The notes under the pieces: generated by a model
Told to the model about the DNA's origin: nothing
Database searches by the model: none
Seen by the model: the letters and a program-made list of their open reading frames with translations, nothing else
Made by a program: the position numbers and the translations under genes
Part shown: piece after piece, positions 62,023-64,000 of the stretch
How positions within the stretch are numbered: position 1 is the first letter of the stretch
Layout: every line of letters begins with the position of its first letter
Assembly: GCA_026003235.1 (NCBI GenBank)
Contig: BPGW01000004.1
Location: 2,711-66,710 of the forward strand
Direction of reading: 5' to 3'
Source: Bacteroidia bacterium
Lineage (GTDB): Bacteria > Bacteroidota > Bacteroidia > SpSt-205
DNA length: 64,000 nt

Positions 62023-63798
62023 ATGCGGGTAGGGTTAGGTTTGCTCTCGGTGATGTGGGCCCAGGGGATACAGGCTGCTTTCGTAGGTGCGGTGACGGCT
62101 ACGTCCGCCTCCTTGCAGGTGGTAGGGCCTGCTGGCCAGCCGGTTCAAGTAGAAGTGAGCCCACACCCTGATTTCAGCGCTTCTCTGGCTCAGGTGGTTA
62201 CGCTGGATAGTTGGGGGTTTGGGCGAGCTTCCTGGAGCGGGCTCACACCGACTACGCGCTACTATTGGCGGGTTTACCGGCCTTCCATTGATACGCTGGT
62301 GGGGACTTTCCGGACATTTCCGCCAGACACCTTCCGGGGGTATCTCCGGTTTGCGTTCGGTTCGTGTCAAGCCTTTGGATATGCTCCGCCCACTTCCGAA
62401 CCCATCTTTTCGGTCATGGCCCAGGATACGCCCTGGCTCTTTATCCAGTGTGGGGATTGGGGCTATCCGGACCTCCGATATTACCGCCTTCCGCAGGATA
62501 GCACCACCTTCGCCCAGTGGTGGGATACCATCGTAGCCAGCTACTACGCACGCTACGGGGGATCCGATATTCAGCAAATCTTTCGCACCACACCGGTGGA
62601 CTATGTGTATGACGACCACGATTACATCAACGATAACGCTTCCGCTGCGACAAGTCCGTACATTAGCGATACGCTGATTCGGGAGTTTCGTTTCCCCTCT
62701 TATGCCCGACGCCATATTATTCAGGCCTACAGCCAATTTTTTCCGCATTATCCGCTTCCGGATACAAGTCAAGGCATCTATCATCGTATACGCCTGGGCC
62801 AAGCGGAGATTTTTGTGTGTGACAACCGTGCCTCCCGCAGTCCCGATTTGAATGCGTTGGCGTGGCGGGGTGATACGGTTTTCTTTATCCGGCCTCCTGG
62901 GCATTCTATGCTGGGCAGTGCGCAGCTTCAATGGCTGCTGGAGGGGCTGCGAACCTCCACCGCCACCTGGAAGTTTGTGATCACCGGTGTGGCCTTCAAC
63001 CGGGGCTATCGGCAAATCCTGGAGGCGCTCTCGGGTAACTATGCCTTACAGCAGTGCAGACTGCCGGGCTTGGGTAATGGAGCCATGCTCTTAGCGGGGC
63101 TCATGGACACATGGGCAGCCTTTGCGCAGGAACAAGACTCCATCCTTCGCTACCTCCAGCATCACAACATCCGCAATGTGATCTGGCTTTCTAGCGACTC
63201 CCACACCTCTGCCATAGACGATGGGACGAATGCCGGCGTGCCTGAACTGATGGCAGGTAACCTTCGCCAGCAAAACTCCCAACTTGCCTGGCTCATGGCC
63301 AATGCCGGTTCCCTTTTACCTGCCCTGTGCCCTCAAGCTAACTTCAGCCAAAACTTTGCCGTCTGGAACGCGGGCGGTCAAGGGCTGGGCAACTCTAACT
63401 TCAACGATGCGTATGGACGCGTGGAAGTGTTTGGGGAAGACTCGGTGCGACTCTCCATTGTAGATGTGAATGGAACGGTGGTGGCCAGCCTGACTTTGCG
63501 TCCGGGCCAAGCGGCAGCCTTACAAAAAACCCATCCTTTGCCAGCTGACCGGTTCAGGGTGTATCCTACCCCCGCTCAGGATAAAATCTGGCTTCACGTG
63601 GATCCGGCTTTGCTCGGCGAATCCACGCCTCTTTACCTTACCGATGCAGTAGGGCGGGTCGTAGGGCGTCGCATTCTTTCTTCTCGGGAGGCCCAAGCGC
63701 CGGTGTCGTGGGACGTGTCCTCCTTGGCGCGAGGGTTGTATTTTGTGGTGCTGTGGCGCCAGGAGGGGCCTTATGTGCGCAGTTTTGTCAAGGAGTAG
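62023..63798 (+). CDS. phoD: PhoD-family alkaline phosphatase with T9SS type A CTD
   Basis: FGSC; GDWGY.D; DDHD; DNR..R; MLGSAQ..WL; SDSH; VYPTP...LARGLYFV CTD. Confidence 0.85.
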   Translation: MRVGLGLLSVMWAQGIQAAFVGAVTATSASLQVVGPAGQPVQVEVSPHPDFSASLAQVVTLDSWGFGRASWSGLTPTTRYYWRVYRPSIDTLVGTFRTFPPDTFRGYLRFAFGSCQAFGYAPPTSEPIFSVMAQDTPWLFIQCGDWGYPDLRYYRLPQDSTTFAQWWDTIVASYYARYGGSDIQQIFRTTPVDYVYDDHDYINDNASAATSPYISDTLIREFRFPSYARRHIIQAYSQFFPHYPLPDTSQGIYHRIRLGQAEIFVCDNRASRSPDLNALAWRGDTVFFIRPPGHSMLGSAQLQWLLEGLRTSTATWKFVITGVAFNRGYRQILEALSGNYALQQCRLPGLGNGAMLLAGLMDTWAAFAQEQDSILRYLQHHNIRNVIWLSSDSHTSAIDDGTNAGVPELMAGNLRQQNSQLAWLMANAGSLLPALCPQANFSQNFAVWNAGGQGLGNSNFNDAYGRVEVFGEDSVRLSIVDVNGTVVASLTLRPGQAAALQKTHPLPADRFRVYPTPAQDKIWLHVDPALLGESTPLYLTDAVGRVVGRRILSSREAQAPVSWDVSSLARGLYFVVLWRQEGPYVRSFVKE

Positions 63799-64000
63799 GG
63801 ACTTCTGCCAGGTACAAGTCCAAGAGGCGGTGCCCAATCTCCAGGATCGGCGTGCCCGGAGGGAAGACGGCCCGTACCCCTTGCTTCTCCAGGATGGGAA
63901 TGTCCTCCGGTGGGAGAATCCCTCCCACCGTGACCGGGATGTCTGGACGACCTAATTTGGCCAGTTCTTGCAGAAGGAAGGGCACCAAGGTATCATGTGC
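63788..64000 (-). CDS. C-terminal cobalamin-binding domain of methylmalonyl-CoA mutase (partial)
   Basis: HDTLVP...GRPDIPVTVGGILPPED...GV.AVFPPGT. Confidence 0.8.
   Translation of the reverse strand, partial: AHDTLVPFLLQELAKLGRPDIPVTVGGILPPEDIPILEKQGVRAVFPPGTPILEIGHRLLDLYLAEVPTP

Overview
GC-rich, very compact 64-kb chromosomal segment from a Bacteroidota bacterium. The assignment rests on type A and type B T9SS sorting domains, TAnnTTTG '-7' promoter boxes and signal peptides ending in Gln. A thermophilic lifestyle is plausible but is inference. About 40 genes are present. Housekeeping and envelope genes: ahcY, dapD, holB, RluA, rfaE2, ccmB, PBP1A, hppA, bshC, alpha-2-macroglobulin/PBP1C, M20/M32/M43/rhomboid peptidases, three TonB-dependent receptors, transporters, tRNA-Lys and tRNA-Leu. 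Secreted surface proteins are unusually numerous. No CRISPR array, integrase, transposase or rRNA was found. About 15 genes are broken by single-base indels, mostly in homopolymers, most likely long-read assembly errors. Most notable: (i) at 1-5100, an uncharacterised helical protein transcribed divergently from a phage-tail-fibre-like repeat protein that is coupled to a T9SS type B cargo; (ii) a tandem pair of paralogous, extremely Gly-rich T9SS proteins, one type A and one type B; (iii) -7 promoter boxes only 2-8 nt before start codons at most transcription units, implying pervasive leaderless mRNAs; (iv) very short W-x-Q signal peptides.
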